A stretch of DNA of 63,985 nucleotides, filler included, from Octopus bimaculoides (GCF_001194135.2; 6 parts of 5 records of this genome joined end to end with filler, not necessarily neighbours in it), one strand, 5' to 3'; positions 23,601 to 38,951 are shown, counted from the first letter of the whole stretch. Program-made: numbers and translations. Notes: generated by a model not told the origin, from the sequence alone.

Positions 23601-24528
23601 CGTAAATGTTCTTTGTTTTGTCTGCGTGAGTGTGTATATTGGGTGGTGTTTGTTTAATGCTGGTGCCCCACATTAGACAAAACTGCATCTAACATCCCAC
23701 AAATCAACAGACGTAAAAATGCACTCATACGACTCCCAATCCCAACCTGCAACTGCCGAAACACCCAAAATCAAGTCGAGTATTGTCAATAGAGCGCCTT
23801 CATATTCACCCGGTACCACCAACTGCCAGCTCTTTCTCCGCGTAAAACTGCGTATCATCCAACAATCCGCAGTATCCATCAACAAGAAATACGATTTATG
23901 ATATTTATCATACACGTATGTGCTACTTATAATTTGTTACATTGAATATAATATCTAGATAGTGTCTCCACTTGTTCCGCGAACATGCGCTATAAAACTA
24001 ACAAATAATGAAATCATGACGATAATGAAGGCGAAACACGAGCAAATATAATATGAAATTTGGGGCACAAAGTGGAATGATGCAAAAGAAAAAAAATCAG
24101 ACGGGAAAGCAAAGTTAAAACGAAAAGAAGAATTGGAGTTAAGTCCCCTTTAGCATTGGAGACGTAAGTTTAGAATCAACGGACGACATCGAAATTCTAG
24201 GTTACAGTTGCTCTATCTCGGGAAAGCGGCGTTCTCCAATTCGCCAAAAGAAACGTTATTGATCTTGTCTTAAAGTCATTTTGGTTGGTTGGAACGTGTG
24301 TGTATCGTTGGCGATTTTCTTTCTCCGTCTTCCCTTCTTTGGACTTTTTCTATATTTCTGATGAAGAGATCCTCTTTCTTTTCTTTCCTTGCCTGAGCGT
24401 CCAATAACACTATACTATCTCCACGTCTCTGCGTTGTTGTCTTTTGTTGCTTGTTCATGTTTGGATTGACTANNNNNNNNNNNNNNNNNNNNNNNNNNNN
24501 NNNNNNNNNNNNNNNNNNNNNNNNNNNN

Positions 24529-24563
<35 letters not shown>

Positions 24564-25689
24564 TTTTATATGTCAAGCGATACAGTATTTTACCGCATAA
24601 AATTATACGATCCTTTTGCTGCAATTGAGACATTAATAGTAACCTCTAAATTAGAATATTTGATGGTGTGTACCTAATTATATATTTAAACTGATAATAC
24701 ACACCTATATAAGGATAACCAAACCATTTTAACGCACTTAGTAAGTTACATCTACGTATGAAAATGTAACAAACAATCTCCAAATAAAATTATGCTTATC
24801 TCTATCCACTAGAGATATTTTTACAACTCATCAGTATACATCCCAATTTAAAACCGAAATTATCTACAAATTCACTTCCTTTCTGTTTAATATAATATAC
24901 TTTCTTTCAAACATAGCTACATATCTTATCCATTTTCAATCTTACTACTTTCTCACCTTCCTCTAATTTATATGTTTAGAAGATAAACAATAAATGTTCA
25001 TACTGTTTCAAACGCGGACTTACACAAAACTTCTATATCCAATCAAATAAGTATATCTTGACGCAGATATATTTATGTATGCTTACACACTCGCAACTGC
25101 ATGCACACACGCAACTGCATACACACACACACTCACACACACACACACGCGTATGTATATGTTTACATAATGTGTGTATCTGTGTGTGTGTGTTTGTGTG
25201 TGTGTGCGTGTTTGTGTGTCTGTGCCTGCTTGTGTTTGCAATGTAAACAAATATTTAACTTCGCCTTCCTAAATAAGTTTCACCCATTAGAAACATGTAA
25301 CGTTTTGATCCAAAAAAATGTAAAACCAACATCCCGTAAGCAGTGATGTTATCAGTTAATGTATGCTTCAGGCTTATTCGAACTCGTAAGGAAACCATTC
25401 AATATATAATGTTACGGAGAAAATTTGTCACTGAAAGAAAATAGGTATAAACACACCGATTCAGTTCGTAATTTTCCTAACCAGATTTAGACAGAGTAGT
25501 GGATGCATTCATTCCATGTAGATATCTATCCTTCAACACCGAAAACCAGAAAGTCAGATTACACGTGGTTGAATATACAAGGAAAGAAATAATTTGAAAA
25601 ACAAAGATTTGTTTTATTAAAAAATACATCTACATCATCGTGGCAAAAGTATTATACAATATTATACAAAATAAGATTTTTTTCCTCTT

Positions 25690-26300
25690 ATAAAATGACC
25701 GGTTTCGCTGAAGCATTTCAAATTTTGTGTGTTAGATGCAATTCGAAATGAGAAGATTTGCTTGTTAGGTGGTGGTAATTGGTATCCAAGGTATTTTTCA
25801 GTAGAAGGGAGATAAATCTGTAATTTTAAACATGAGTTTATATTCAGTTCTGGCTTATATATTTTTTATAAATCATGCCTCTTTAATTAGTCACACTTTT
25901 GTGAGGCCCAAGTAGCACATAGGTATAATGAGAAGCTTAGGAATTGTAGTTGCTGTTGTTCTGTACTTCTGTCAAAATATTCAATGAGTTGTATTTGGCG
26001 ATAGTTTGGGGGAAGATATATGTCGTCTTCGAACTGTTCATCTACGTCCAGGGGACAATTCTGTGGAGCCTATATAGTTTTTGTTATGACAGCCCGAACA
26101 TCTTATGTCTGAAAATATCATATTTTGTATAATACTGTAGAATTCCTTTGCCATGGTGATTTTGGCATTGCTTTTTGGTTCTCCAATTCCCGACGATGAA
26201 ACGCCACTAGAAGGAGGGAATACAATATCACAGTTGAGTTGTGGGCTGGCATTTGACCCTCTGGCTGGTAACTTGGCGACCATTCCTTTTGCATTATGAT
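25690..26300 (-). mobile_element. Penelope-like GIY-YIG endonuclease remnant
   Basis: DIRCSGCHNKNYIGST..RR followed by RRHISSPNYRQI; downstream GAAACCGGTC palindromic motif. Confidence 0.5.
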
Positions 26301-27658
26301 ATGTTTTTAACTTATTGTATATACACGGAGGGGTCTGTGTGTGTCTGAGATTGTATGCATACAAACACACGCATGCATATGCATATATTTGTGGTACATC
26401 AATGAAACATTGCAAATAGCATATCGGACCATTACGTCAGTCGCATTGATGATAACACAGTGGCTCGATGATCTCGATGATTAGGCACATATTCGTACTC
26501 GAAACAATGCACTGTATATGTTCGTACAAAAGGCTTACAATCTGGCACGTGCAAGCAAAACAGAAATAATGAGATAAATAAGATCAGGTGATGTTTATAA
26601 TTGAAGCATGCAGAGTAGAATGGGAACATTTATGCAAAATACAACATGATTAATAAAGGCCACATTAAGTGTAATAGTGGTTGCGATAGACAACCAACAG
26701 AATTGAATATTTAGCTGCTAGACACCCACGAACTACTTTAAAATCAATATATCTAATTCCTTAGCTGACTCTAAATGCAGGCTAATTTTTCCTACTAAAT
26801 ATTTGGAGAATTATCAAGACTGGGCTTGACTAAAATAACGACAGCTTTGTGCAGTCTACTATACTTCCTCTCTGGATANNNNNNNNNNCTTTTTTTCTTT
26901 TGATAATACGTTGCTTTTTTCTTTTTTTTTTCTTTTTTTTTTTTGTCGAGTTTATACGACAAACAAGGCAAAATTTATGATAACTTCACTGATTTAGAAA
27001 AGAAAAGACCTCATTTGCATGTTAGAAAATCTTTTATCATTCGATGACTTTTCCTAAGTAACGTGTAATTGGTCGGAGAATTATTGTACCACTGCAAGCT
27101 GTTTTTTCGGAGCTATATTTTGCAGCCATATGCAATTATTTATTTTTACCAGGCTAAAATTAAAATTTGAATTTGTAGCTTCGGGAATATGAAGACGCGT
27201 TGGACTAATTTTATGCTGTAATTGGAATAGAACATTACATATATAGATTTTAAAATATTTCAATACTTTAGTCAACATTTCCCTACAATAATCTTCATTT
27301 TACTTCAGAAAATTACAAAACTTGTACAAGTCAAGACGAAATAATATATAATAGTCATAAAAATTTGAAACAGCCCAATTCTAATTTGAAACGAATTAAC
27401 CCGAAATTATAGAAAAAGAGTTATATTTGCAAATTAAAAGACATATAGCTATGCTATTGTATTTATTATGAGGCTTTAAATAGAGTGGCTTAATTCGTAT
27501 GATGAAAACATTACTCCAAAGTGAACACCAAAATTTATCAACTCTAAAAAGACCTGAATTTGATGGTTGAGCAAAACTTTCAGTATTAATCCATTCCATA
27601 TTAGAAAACTAAAAAAAATTCCCAATGGCCATATGTTCAACAATATTTTTATAGAAAT

Positions 27659-27810
27659 AAGGCGGCGAGCTGCCAGAAACATTAGTACGCCGGGGGAAAT
27701 TTTTAGCGGTATTTCGTCTGTCTTTACGTACTGAGTACTGAGGTCGAACTAATCGACAGGCCCCTTCCCCACAAATTCCGTGCCTTGTGCCTAGAGTAGA
27801 AAATAATATT
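27659..27810 (+). mobile_element. SINE family 3 (GGCGGCGAGCTG head), internally shortened
   Basis: Homologous to 40951-41115 (TAGCACGCC.G, GTATTTC.TCTGTCTTTAC, GCCTTGT.C). Confidence 0.7.
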
Positions 27811-28396
27811 TTTATAGAAATAATTATAAATGGAATAACTAATGTACGCTACTTGCAGCAGACATGCATGCTATATATACGGAAAATGTGTACGAAATGT
27901 TGTATATTTCTCTGTGTTGCATTGAAACCCCACGTGATAACTTATGTGAAATTTTTTTGGTATGTCGCAAAAACCTATTACACGCTACTTTCAAGGTTTG
28001 GGGATGTGACTGTACCAGGCGTATTAGGCAAACGCTATTTGAAATATACATTTCAAAAGAGTGATTTCAGACAGTTGGTAGGTATTTTGTACAGAAGGAA
28101 AAACTAATTTAGTGAGTCAATGAACATGTTTCTCTAACACATACTATCTAAAACAATAACTAATCCATTAACACTTTAAATTTCACTCTATCACTTTTAT
28201 ATATTATTTATCGATTCTATTTTTTTTTTTTTTTGCCACATCCATGTTTTAGCATGAGAGACTTTACAGTCAGAATATTTTATACTTCTTTTATTCCTTT
28301 GGTTTGCAGCAGAATTTCTCTATAACACATTACGTTGTATCCTTCAGTAACTGCAATGCTGCTTCAATACAATCATAGAGACAGCCAGACTTACAG

Positions 28397-28439
<43 letters not shown>

Positions 28440-29646
28440 NNNNNNNNNNNNNNNNNNNNNNNNNNNNNNNNNNNNNNNNNNNNNNNNNNNNNNNNNNNNN
28501 NNNNNNNNNNNNNNNNNNNNNNNNNNNNNNNNNNNNNNNNNNNNNNNNNNNNNNNNNNNNNNNNNNNNNNNNNNNNNNNNNNNNNNNNNNNNNNNNNNNN
28601 NNNNNNNNNNNNNNNNNNNNNNNNNNNNNNNNNNNNNNNNNNNNNNNNNNNNNNNNNNNNNNNNNNNNNNNNNNNNNNNNNNNNNNNNNNNNNNNNNNNN
28701 NNNNNNNNNNNNNNNNNNNNNNNNNNNNNNNNNNNNNNNNNNNNNNNNNNNNNNNNNNNNNNNNNTATATATGTTTACTTATACACACATATATATACAT
28801 GAATATATATGTGTGCGAGCGCGTGTGTGTGTGCGTATGTATCAGTATGCGTGCGTATGCGTGTGAAATATACAAAATAGTAACCCCAATAGTAAATCGA
28901 AGCAGGTTTAATAAATGCGAAACTAGAATGCTTTTGATAAGAGACAATTTCTCGTAACCACATCTCCGTATCTCCGTTTTCTGTTTATGTGGTTTTGCAT
29001 CTGCCTTCCTGTTCAACCCCCCACGTTTATAAATCTCTTTCCACATATATATATATGCGCGTTTGTGTGTGTGTGTGTATATCTTGTTCTCTTGTCTTTG
29101 AATAATACTCAAAGATTGCGAGATTAACATGTGTTTACTCATAAATTCTATAAAAGCTAGCAAAGAAAATCCTTATTCAAAATTTATTGATGAAAGCGAA
29201 GATAGATGATGTGTGGGGAAACCAATACAGATGCAGACATACACACATCTATTTTCGTATACATATATGCACATATATAGCAACAGTTTTAACAATAAAT
29301 ATATGAAAGTAAAAAGAAAATATTTATTTCACACCAGAATACACTTATTGAATATTTAGTATTGCTGTAGTATGACTTCAGATGTTTATGTTGATACTGC
29401 CGATGAATGTCGCTTCTGCTGTTGTTCTTGTTTCTTGGTTTTTTGGGGGGGTTTTTTTACGTTGTTTTTGTTGATTCTGCTGCGGCTGTTCTTGTTATTG
29501 TTGCTGCTGATGCAGATACTGCCATTGATATTTCCTTTTACATACCTCCTTCTTTCAGATACTATCGACATAACTGTCACTACTTATGTAACTCAGTGCA
29601 AAATCTGCATATAAAATTAATAACAATATAAATCATGTAATATAAC

Positions 29647-29720
<74 letters not shown>

Positions 29721-30446
29721 TAATAATAATAATATAAGCAGAAAAATATCAGATAACATTAAGTATTACTAATCAGAAAGTAAATAACTCTTATGTATAA
29801 AGTAAAACGAAAACGATTTCAATAATTATATCAATAACATAATCATTAATACAATTTATGTTACAAATACTAATAAAATATATTTATCGAAATATTACCA
29901 ACAGTAGTAAAAGAAACATTTTCTACTACTACTTCTGAAAATGGCTATGATGATGATGATGATGATGATAAATATGGGGATGATGATGATGTCGACAACT
30001 ACGATGATTTGTGTAGCATTTCGAAAAGTAATTATGGTAGTAGTCGTGGTAGTTATAAACATAAAAATGCTACAATTAAAACATAAAATAATCAATAAAA
30101 CCAATGCATGTATTCATATATGAGTGGCAAACAAACATGATTTAGAGAAAAACCTGGAGTCATATAGAAAAGAAACGTGTCTACTTATATATCATACTTG
30201 CATACGCAACAATGTTTATATATGTGCATATGATCGGATGTTTCCATCAATAGAATCAAAATATTGAAATATTCCTTTTCACATTCATAAAAACTTAGAC
30301 ATGTGCAGACGCAAACTGCATATACATACAATTATCGATAAATATGTGTCCCTCTGTGTATATGTGTGTAGTGTGCGTATGAGTGTGTATGTATGTGTGT
30401 ATGAAATATCTAGTGAATACGAAGCCATATTTGATGAAATATACAC

Positions 30447-30488
<42 letters not shown>

Positions 30489-30810
30489 NNNNNNNNNNNN
30501 NNNNNNNNNNNNNNNNNNNNNNNNNNNNNNNNNNNNNNNNNNNNNNNNNNNNNNNNNNNNNNNNNNNNNNNNNNNNNNNNNNNNNNNNNNNNNNNNNNNN
30601 NNNNNNNNNNNNNNNNNNNNNNNNNNNNNNNNNNNNNNNNNNNNNNNNNNNNNNNNNNNNNNNNNNNNNNNNNNNNNNNNNNNNNNNNNNNNNNNNNNNN
30701 NNNNNNNNNNNNNNNNNNNNNNNNNNNNNNNNNNNNNNNNNNNNNNNNNNNNNNNNNNNNNNNNNNNNNNNNNNNNNNNNNNNNNNNNNNNNNNNNNNNN
30801 NNNNNNTATA

Positions 30811-30845
<35 letters not shown>

Positions 30846-31252
30846 TCTCGAATAATTTAGTTAATGTCTAACAATACACAAACACGTACACACTCACTCA
30901 AAAATGTGCATATGTGTGTGGACATATATGGGTGTGGGTGTATATATATGTGTGTGTATGTGCGTATGTGTTAATGCAGGTATAAATACATATTTTTGTG
31001 TGATTATGTATATGAACGTACATACAATCAAAGATGCACACTTTTGCATTGGCGTTGTACAACATATTCATTAATTGGTCGCTTCAGCCGCTTGAAATAT
31101 ATACAATTCATAACATGCATTAATGTATAAGCAAATTAAAACTAAATGCATTGCGTCGAGAAATCGAATACATACGAGGGTGCATATATGCGTTTATTTC
31201 ATTGTTTAAATATTTACGGCCCCCAAGAGAGTTCTTTTTTTTTTTTTTTTTA

Positions 31253-31435
31253 CTTGTTTCTGTCACTTGACTCCGGCTCTGCTGGATCACTGACTTTTGT
31301 TGAAAACATTCGACCCCAGGTGTTATTGTTTGTAAGCCTAGTACTTATTATATTGGTCCATTTTGCCGAAGCGCTAATTACGGGGACGTAAACACACCAG
31401 CATCGGTTGTCAAGACATGTTGGTGTTGGAGGCAA

Positions 31436-31514
<79 letters not shown>

Positions 31515-31695
31515 CATATATACACATATATACGACGGGCTTCTTTCAGTTTCCGTCTACGAAATCCACACACAAGGCTTTGATCGCCCCGAGGCTATAG
31601 TAGAAGACACTCACCCAAGGTGCCAACCAGTGGTCCTGAAACCGGAATCATGTGGTTGGTAAGTAAGCTACTTATCACACAGCCACTCCTGCGCC
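31253..31695 (-). mobile_element. tRNA-SINE family 1 with internal (CA)n
   Basis: Homologous to 2547-2911. Confidence 0.85.
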
Positions 31696-31821
31696 TGTAC
31701 GTTGTTTCACCATTATAACTATATTCAGCACCTTAACTGAAATGCATAATTCAAACAGTACCTCCCAAAATTATCAAATTCGCAATACTGACAAAGCATA
31801 ACAGTATTCAAAGAGTAAAGG

Positions 31822-31978
31822 AAAGAAGAAGAAGAAGAAGAAGGAGGNNNNNNNNNNAGAGGAGGAGAAGAAGAAGAAGAAGAAGAAGAAGAAGAAGGAG
31901 GAGGGGGAGGAGGAGGAGAAGAAGAAGAAGAAGAAGAAGAAGAAGAAGAAGAAGAAGAAGAAGAAGAAGAAGAAGACG
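31822..31978. repeat. (GAA)n/(GGA)n microsatellite
   Basis: Direct reading. Confidence 0.95.
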
Positions 31979-34949
31979 ACAACAACAATAGGAGGAATTA
32001 TGAACAATGAAATACCTTTCTAACACCCTTTAGTAATAATCAACATTAATTCTGTAACAACAATTAAAATTAAAAACACTTAGTCCATGTCCCGTAGAGT
32101 AAAACTAACACCAGAATTGATAGAGTGTCATCAAAAAGGCCAAGTATACGAAGCAGTTAATAAATTTACAAATGAAGGCATCTCCTCTAGATCTAACCAT
32201 AACCGAAATATCAAAACTCCGAAAACAAGCACTTGTGAGAGTGTATCGCGTACTAATTTGGTTGCAATTTCACTCCTTCCTCTGTTTTAAAGACTACACG
32301 TATACAATGTTCCTCATCATTCCTTTCGAATAAAGAGGTCAGCATAACACAAAGATTGCTTACAAAATAACTAATAGGAATGAATATATAGAGATTACTA
32401 TTTAGACCAAATATAGAAGAAAAGAAATTATTACCAAAGTATGCGATTAATCATCTAGTTATTCAATACAAAACGAACACAGTATCCAACAGCACAAAAT
32501 GCCACGCTTTCTTTCAGGGTTTTTGAATGCTTATAGCCGTGTAACTGATTTGGAGCCATTTGATCAATGTCCAAATAGTCATTTTCGCACATTTCATAAA
32601 AATTTTTTGGTGGATAGCACATTCCTCTGGATCCGCATCATCCTCCAGAAATGGAAATCCACGAACATAATGCCAGTAATTTCTCAGCGAAAATAATTTG
32701 TTTCAAGCCACGAGAATAGTAGTCCGTAATATCTCATTGCTATTGCTGATTATATTCATTTTAGATCGCATAGCTTATCGGGGGAGATATATTAAATGAC
32801 ACTTATTGCTAAATTTGGAATTAGATGTGCGTTCATCACAAAACATCAGCCAAAAATGTATCCATCTACATATATTTCAGTTTATATTTCCATAATCATC
32901 ACGTCATTGTCTGGAATCACGAGAATTTATATGCCTGTTTATGAACCGCCTAAGTATATGTAACAATAATTTCGACCCATATTGACTTACAAATCATTAA
33001 AATGAAGAGACAGTTTCGTATGACATGTCATTCACTGTATCCTCGTTTTTCTTCATCCAAAAGATTGTTTCATTAGCATTTGGACACATTAGCGACACAC
33101 TAAAGTATTTTGACATTTCATGTGGTGTTTTGGCAGACGGAGAACAACAAATATTGTAATCATTTGGCTTCCCTTGCCCGATGTAAGGGATCTCATTTCA
33201 CATATCGGATATAGGTACCGGCATTTTTTTTTTGAGGTATCACGAGAAAATTTATTCAGTTTTTTTCAGATGCATAAAAATTTTTCTGTAGCTGTTCGAA
33301 AAAGGAGGGTTTAATTGATACCACCTCGAGGCTGCGCCGATATACGTTTTCCTCCGTCAAATGATTCATATCAAGATCCAATTAGCTCGAACTTGCCTTG
33401 GCCAAAGAAGCCTGTTTCTCATTTAGAATCTTCCATACGTCATTTTTTTATGTTCTCTAAATCCAGCGTGAGCGCGTTGTTCTTATTTTTAGCGTTTCTT
33501 TTCTTTATGTCGCGCAAGTTCATACTTTTACTAATTAATTCTGACTCATCCCACGAAACCACTTCTATTCCTTTCACTTTCATTTTGTTTAGAGTATATG
33601 CTTGAGTTCGGTTTAACTCATTGTTTTATTTCTTTATGTGTATACAAAATACTAAGTGTCTATATAAAGCACGAATGCCGGTAATTAAAATCTATATCAT
33701 ATATTAGATACAAAGACAAAAATCTGAAGGTTAAAGTAAAAGATTGCACACTACCACTCTGTCTTCCCAGTCATAGCCAGAGGAGAAAAATATCCATTAT
33801 TACGATAAGGCTATGGGCTTTTATACATAGAATTGAATTTACATAAAATGTTATACATAGAATTTTATACATAGAATTGAAACTATACCGGTATTACGAT
33901 AAACCTACAGAAAAAAATTGATATAAATATGTTCATATATATGTATATCTAACATGTTTAATTCCTTAAATAGCATCTGTAATGACCAGTTTTTTACACT
34001 ACCTCTGAACAAATTAAGGGAATAGAGAACAATTCGTATGAACGTGAGACCAATTTAGACCATGTGTAACAGATAATTCAAATAAAGTGATATCATTCAG
34101 CTCCAGTCTAAAAATGGAATAATGCGTATTCTGTTCATTATGCAAATTACCATACAGACAGAAAAAAAAGTTGTAGCCGGCTTCAATGAAGGGCAGCAGT
34201 TTAAAGAACCAACACCGTAAAGGAAATAACTCTAAAGCATCAACTTCTGAATGCTTATTTCACGCTCTCAGTCTACACCTACCTCCATCCAACTGATGCA
34301 CAAAGAAAAAAATAGTACAGCTGCATTTTTGTATGAATTTGGGGAGAAAATTCCTCGGAAATAAATATTGTATTCAAAAACAAAAAAAAAAGCGAAAATT
34401 AGTTAATAGGGAAGAATACATACTGTATATCTATTATGCAATCTAAAGAAGGCAACTGAAAGAAATAGTATATAAAGAAAAGAGAAATGATAAATCACAG
34501 AAAAACAGAATGTTTTGTGAATGTAAACCACGCATAGAAACAAATTAAATATTAGCTCTGATTCAACCTAGCTCTTGAACGCCTACAAAATAGGGAATCA
34601 TAGAATCAGAAATAATACAAAACAAACAAGTTTAGAGAAGCAAATTGAAAGAGAATCTATGATAGGAAATTTTAAATACGCAAATCTAAAGGCTGAAATA
34701 ATTGAAAATTTAAAAACAATATATTGAAACGTGAAAGAAACTAGCAAGTATGACAATCTACCATCAAATAGGATCAACAAGAAATATCAAGTGGTAATCA
34801 TGGTTATCACAGATTTCGTAAAAAGAGACGAGAATATTAATAACACTTAAAATGATGTCGGCAGCAGATGCTCACATTACTTAAATAAATTGAAGTAGCA
34901 TGAAACGTGCGTACTGCAATCACCTTTGAAATCCGTGTTGCTTATTGTT

Positions 34950-34986
<37 letters not shown>

Positions 34987-34989
34987 ATA

Positions 34990-35128
34990 GGCTTCTTTTA
35001 GATTCTGCCTACCAAATCCTCTCACTAGGCTTTTGGTTGACACGAGGCTACAGTAGAGACACTTGTCAAGGACGCCACGCGGTGGGATTGAACATGGAAT
35101 CATGCGTTTGGGAAGGAAACATATAGCC
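34990..35128 (-). mobile_element. tRNA-SINE family 1, partial and diverged
   Basis: GAGGCTACAGTAGAGACACTTG...GGGATTGAAC matches family 1. Confidence 0.7.
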
Positions 35129-36612
35129 GTAATTAGATAAAGATAGTTGCGGCCGGTGTACGAGGTTACCCAGTGTTTCGCGTCCATAAAGCGCTTAGCT
35201 TTATAGCGTCTGGCAAGTCTCTAATGGCCGGTGGAGGAAAACAAAACAAAAGAGAAATGTATACCGCAAGTGATTGTCTCCCTTAGACCGTTATCAAGGA
35301 TTCACCCTGTCGGCTTGCGGGTACAAATATTTTAGTCACCAGTTGCAGCAACAAGCTACGAGGATTGTTTTTACTTCCTCCAGTTTGAAAGAAATATATT
35401 GGCTACCGGTCATTAGGGTTTTAGAAGACGTAACCCAATAAGCCGGCCATAAATATCTTTATCAAAGCACTTACTGCTTTGTACCTTTGAGTGTGCTTCT
35501 CTTTCGGATTTATGGTTTAATGACGATATAAATATATGCAGTTAGTTGTTTCCTGGCCATTGTTTTTTTATCACATTATGACACGTAAATTCACTGTTCG
35601 GCAGTTGTAGTGTCAACTGAACTCATCAAAAGAATACCTAGCATCGTTGCAGTAAATGAAGCTTAGCAATAGAACAAAGATTGTTGTAGCTACCAGAGAA
35701 AATACGTTACTGTATCCCCGACAGGAAGTATCTGAAACAAATAGCTACTTTTAAACAAATAGCTATTCCTACAACAAATACTGCGCTCTTACCTGCATTC
35801 GTAAAGCATAATAACGGTTTAATTGCAATAAAACTGAAATAAATCAATTTCGGGAAAACAAATTATTTTCAGCAAAGAGGCTGAAAAATCTGATTTGTCT
35901 TTCAGTGTGTACAACTAGTACACATATATTATGCATTATGTTTGAATAAATATGTACTAAGGCAGCTAATATTGCATTTCTTCATTTCTTGCCGGTAGCT
36001 ACTTGTGCTTCACTAACTTGGATGCAATTACACACCATGGGTAACTAGAAAGCAATTCTACAAATAGAAATATATTTAAAGATTATATCTAATTAGACAA
36101 TTCTGAGGATGAAGCATATTAAATATTTATAACTAAACCTATTTTAGTTACAGCAGGAATACTCCGAGAAATACTCCTCCTCTCCATTATTTTACTGTCT
36201 GGTGTGAATATCGTCAATCAAGAAAGTTATGGTAGACTGGAATCGAAAACATATATATCGAGTCAACACTATATATATATAGAAAAACTTTTGCTTCTAA
36301 ATCTCGAACGAGAGACATGCAGCAACTATACTTTAGCGTAAGTTCTATTTACCAACGTGTCACAGAGACACTGATCGCGTAACGGTATATACTTTGAACA
36401 TATTCTGTGCTGATGAAGGGAAAGAACCCACAAAACATTGGTACACAGATTTCGCTTTAAGTTGAGTGGGGAATCTAGCTCCTTGTTCGAAGTGTAAGGA
36501 CGCAGTTAGTACGTTAATAGCCAGCTAGAAAAAATATTTACCTGGAGTTAAAATGTAGTAATATTCGCCCTAATCAGGACAGTCACGTTACATTGGCAAA
36601 TAAACCTTTCAC

Positions 36613-37633
36613 TATCAGGTCTTCCCATAAGTTCTGTCCGAATTTTGAATAAATAAAACAAGTGATCAAATGTTATATTTAATTTGAAAATTTAATCATC
36701 AGTGTACTTTCCCTGATTATCTATGACTTCCGTCCGTCTATTTACAAGCTTCTTAATCCCATCAATGTAAGACACTTTTGGTTTGAAAGCGAAGAACTCT
36801 GAAATGTAAGTTACGAACTCCTCCTGGCTTGTGAAAGTTATGTCCACCAAATGATTCTGTAGACTACGAAACAAATGGTAGGATCAAGATCGGGAGAATA
36901 AGATTCATGAGGAATTTTTCCCAACCAAGCCCTTCGATCTTCTGTGATGTGATCTTTGCAGTGTGGAGTCGCGCATTGTCCTCATGAGACATCACTCCTT
37001 TTCGATTCACTAAAGTGTGTCTTTATTTTTTCTACAAAGCTTGGTTCAAACGCTCTAATTGCTGACTGTAAACTTGAGCATTGATTGTTGCACTAGTTGG
37101 TAACAATTCAAAGAGAATCACACCTTTGCAATCCCATCAGATAGAGAGAAGAACGTTTGTATGGTTGGAACTAAGCTTTATTGCCAATTCTTCAACTGAT
37201 AATGCACGATTTTCTTCAAGTAATGCCCTAAGGAGCTTATCATCAAACTCAACTGGACATCCTGTTCTATCTTCATCTTGAAGGCTGAAATCTCCACTTC
37301 TGAATTTTGCAAACAATCTTCTGCAAGTCCTTTCATTCAAGCATTCTTTCCCATAAACTGAGTGCATGTTTCGAGAGGCTTCCATTGCAGAGTTTCCTTT
37401 TTTCTACTCATAAAGCAGTATTTGCCTTAAAGGCTCTTTGGATACTTCCATGTTAGAAAGGGTCTTAATCAAATAAATTATTATTTTTTTTTTATATTCT
37501 GTACAATAACGTTTTATTAGTCTAAATCTACAGAAATGAATAGAAATAATTTTAAATTCCATTAGACATTCTAAAATACTATTAACTATCATCAAATTTA
37601 AAAATGGTAAAATCAGAGAGAACTCATAAGATT

Positions 37634-37641
<8 letters not shown>
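36613..37641 (-). mobile_element. mariner transposon, internally deleted, degenerate
   Basis: MEVSKEPLRQILLYE*KKGNSA..VYG..WF-like..FRSGDFSLQDEDRTG.P (HTH region); HEDNA; YSPDLDP; C-terminal GIKKLVNR..VIDNQGKY; diverged TIRs flanked by TA. Confidence 0.85.
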
Positions 37642-37669
<28 letters not shown>

Positions 37670-38536
37670 NNNNNNNNNNNNNNNNNNNNNNNNNNNNNNN
37701 NNNNNNNNNNNNNNNNNNNNNNNNNNNNNNNNNNNNNNNNNNNNNNNNNNNNNNNNNNNNNNNNNNNNNNNNNNNNNNNNNNNNNNNNNNNNNNNNNNNN
37801 NNNNNNNNNNNNNNNNNNNNNNNNNNNNNNNNNNNNNNNNNNNNNNNNNNNNNNNNNNNNNNNNNNNNNNNNNNNNNNNNNNNNNNNNNNNNNNNNNNNN
37901 NNNNNNNNNNNNNNNNNNNNNNNNNNNNNNNNNNNNNNNNNNNNNNNNNNNNNNNNNNNNNNNNNNNNNNNNNNNNNNNNNNNNNNNNNNNNNNNNNNNN
38001 NNNNNNNNNNNNNNNNNNNNNNNNNNNNNNNNNNNNNNNNNNNNNNNNNNNNNNNNNNNNNNNNNNNNNNNNNNNNNNNNNNNNNNNNNNNNNNNNNNNN
38101 NNNNNNNNNNNNNNNNNNNNNNNNNNNNNNNNNNNNNNNNNNNNNNNNNNNNNNNNNNNNNNNNNNNNNNNNNNNNNNNNNNNNNNNNNNNNNNNNNNNN
38201 NNNNNNNNTATATATATATATATATATATATATATGAATATATATAACAATAAGAAAATGCAGTAGAATATGTGGTACTCATCAATGTGTAGACATTGTA
38301 TTATGCCAATTTACCTGTTTATTATTCAACTAAGATGACAGAACAATAAAACCAATATATAAACACATATAGCATATTATGTCATATCAGGAAAGAAAAG
38401 TTAAAAAGGACTTCTAGTGACAAATTACAACACCTAAATTTCTTGGATTGTATGAATATATATATATATATATATATATACTCTTTTACTCTTTTAATTG
38501 TTTCAGTNNNNNNNNNNTACTCTTTTACTCTTTTAA

Positions 38537-38896
38537 TTGTTTCAGTCATTTGACTGCGGCTATGCTGGAGCACCGCCTTTAGTCGAGCAAATCAACACCT
38601 AGTACTTATTCTATCGGTCACTTTTGCCGAACCGCCGCTAAGTTACGGGGACATAAACACACCAGCATCGGTTGTCAAGTGATGCTGGAGGGAAACAAAG
38701 ACATACAAACACACATATATATATATACATGTATACGACGAACTTCTTTCAGTTTCTGTCTACCAAATCCACTCACAATATTTTGGTCGGCCCGAGGCTA
38801 TAGTAGAAGACACTTGCCTAAGGTGCCACGCAGTGGGACTGAACCCGGAACCATGTGGTTGGTAAGAAAGCTGCTTACCACACAGCCACTCCTGCA
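38537..38896 (-). mobile_element. tRNA-SINE family 1, near full length
   Basis: Homologous to 2547-2911. Confidence 0.9.
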
Positions 38897-38951
38897 GCTA
38901 TAAAAAGTACTTTAGCAGATATGAATATATCTACATATATTCATATATATA

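Noticed and set aside
26432-26629. Possible host exon
   Set aside because: No recognisable protein similarity and no partner exons; unsupported.
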